DNA of 63,994 nucleotides, filler included, from Bonamia ostreae (Eukaryota): NCBI GenBank assembly GCA_040357525.1. It is 8 parts of 8 records of this genome, joined end to end, with 100 filler letters (N's around TTAATTAATTAA, not from the genome) between each part and the next. Parts side by side here need not be neighbours in the genome. Positions count along the whole stretch, not along the records: positions 56,851 to 63,994 come from JBDODL010000093.1; 7 more parts are not named here. One strand, 5' to 3'. Shown piece by piece: positions 62,610 to 63,994 of this stretch (position 1 is its first letter; each line of letters starts with the position of its first letter). The notes under the pieces were generated by a model. It saw only the letters and a program-made list of their open reading frames with translations, ran no database searches and was not told where the DNA came from. The position numbers and the translations under genes were made by a program.

Positions 62610-63320
62610 ATGGACGTTTTTACAACGTTTAAAGACAATTTAGTGGACAAACAAAAGGAAATTGAGAGATTAGAGCTTATTCTTAAAAGAGGTTTTTTAT
62701 TATTTTTTTTGAGTATGAAAAAAAGAAGAAAACAAAATGAGGATCGACGCTCTTTTAAAAGAAGATGTGAAATTGGAAAATGTCGAAAAATGTCAATTTA
62801 ATTTTTATCAATTTTCAATTTTAGTAAAATCTATTATTTCGGAATTTGCAAACATTGACAATTACGAAAAATTGGGGAATGCAATTGATTTTGACAAAAC
62901 TGAAAAGACAATTGATTCGATAAAAAACTTTTTAATTAGGAAAATAGACCGTTTCGAAGAAAAAATACAACCTAAACATAAAGTGCACAGCTATGACTTG
63001 AAGCGAAAAGAATTAATTGATAATTTGAAGGACATTGGAATGTTTTAAAATGCAAATTTGAACTTATTGTCAAAATTTAATACTATTTTATTATCAAAAT
63101 TTTAAAAAATAAATGATCGCAAAGAAAAATTAATAAAACGATCAATGAAATCGAAGTGAAAAAAGGAAATACAGAATGTCAAAATTGCGAAACGAACACA
63201 AATTTGTCAAAATTGAACAATTCTGTTTTGATTGATTCAAAAAGAATTTTAGACCAAATAAATAATTTGACGTGTTTTGCATGTTCTATAAAATTAATTT
63301 TTCATGAAAAGATTTCATAA
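62610..63320 (+). CDS. Hypothetical coiled-coil protein with C-terminal CxxC...CxxC, multi-exon
   Basis: ORFs joinable through GTTT..AG introns; ends with CQNC...CFAC. Confidence 0.4.
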
Positions 63321-63994
63321 AAATGCCATTTTGTCTCTGCAGCAATAATTTTTTTCTTGTCGTTGTTCTTTTTCTGATTTCCCTTTCTATCATTGCTCAC
63401 AGTATTTTTTCTTCTTCGATTTTTAGCTTTGGGTGTTTCAGGTTTGAAATGATCTTACTGACCAGGAGCCACCCTGTTTTGTGAAAAACAATGTTTCCCT
63501 CGAAAACAAATTTGTTCTAATTTGTAATTTGAAAAGTTGAAATAAATATCTATTTGTTTTTTTGTGTTTCAATACGACATAATGTGCTTTCACATACATG
63601 ATTTAGCATACCAATCTTTGAATCTCATTGGACAGGGACTGTCTTTTATTTCTCATTTTTATTTTTAATTTTTTAGTACAACATTTTTATACAGTTAGGC
63701 ATTTATAAATATTGACATCTTAAGAAAAAATATTTAAATTTGCTCTTTGCGACCTAATTTTTATTTTTTTTAAATCGGGGCTTAAAAAGCGATGTTTTGG
63801 TATTTTTGCTGTAGACTTACGCAATTATTTCCTAAACGCAAAATTTTGGCTTTGAATAGTTTATCATAAAATTTCTTACTTTTGCGTTTCAGATTTTGAA
63901 TTTTGACTGATAAAAGCATAAATTGGAAAGAAACAGTTTCGCATAAAATTTTTAAAGAAGCGATTTTGATAAAATTGTTAGAAGATATTGGACC

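Noticed and set aside
63320-63660. Broken minus-strand reading frames with Cys/His motifs
   Set aside because: I could not assemble them into a gene or assign them to a transposon family.

Overview
This window is not one locus. It is eight roughly 8-kb contigs of a very compact, AT-rich microbial eukaryote, joined by artificial N44-TTAATTAATTAA-N44 linkers and apparently sorted by length. A parasitic protist such as a haplosporidian or ascetosporean is a guess, not demonstrated. The code looks standard, with TAA, TAG and TGA all used as stops. The ORF track is fragmented because genes carry many GT-AG introns, which I reconstructed by hand from protein conservation. Housekeeping genes include GTP-PEPCK, cytochrome-b5 reductase, eIF4E, UBE2J, a PRMT, CLPTM1, DDX11, MPP-alpha, CSE1, TCTP, EF2, BRAP, kinesin-6, GPI and an ABC1 kinase. 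Accessory genes include duplicated MFS and SLC1 transporters, a tandem TM-RING array, a GH19 chitinase and sushi-like surface proteins. Main highlights: (1) an unusual splicing regime with 19-25 nt introns, an apparent 19-nt floor, GTTT donors, A-rich acceptors, and longer introns that fold into hairpins; (2) an intronic H/ACA snoRNA in TCTP with a miniature second hairpin, whose pocket fits the LSU site equivalent to yeast Psi2314; (3) an in-frame TGA in an otherwise intact cytochrome-b5 reductase; (4) a kinesin-6-SAP fusion, a 71-aa Rrp15, SLC1 paralogs lacking the NMDGT motif, and an LncP-like carrier.
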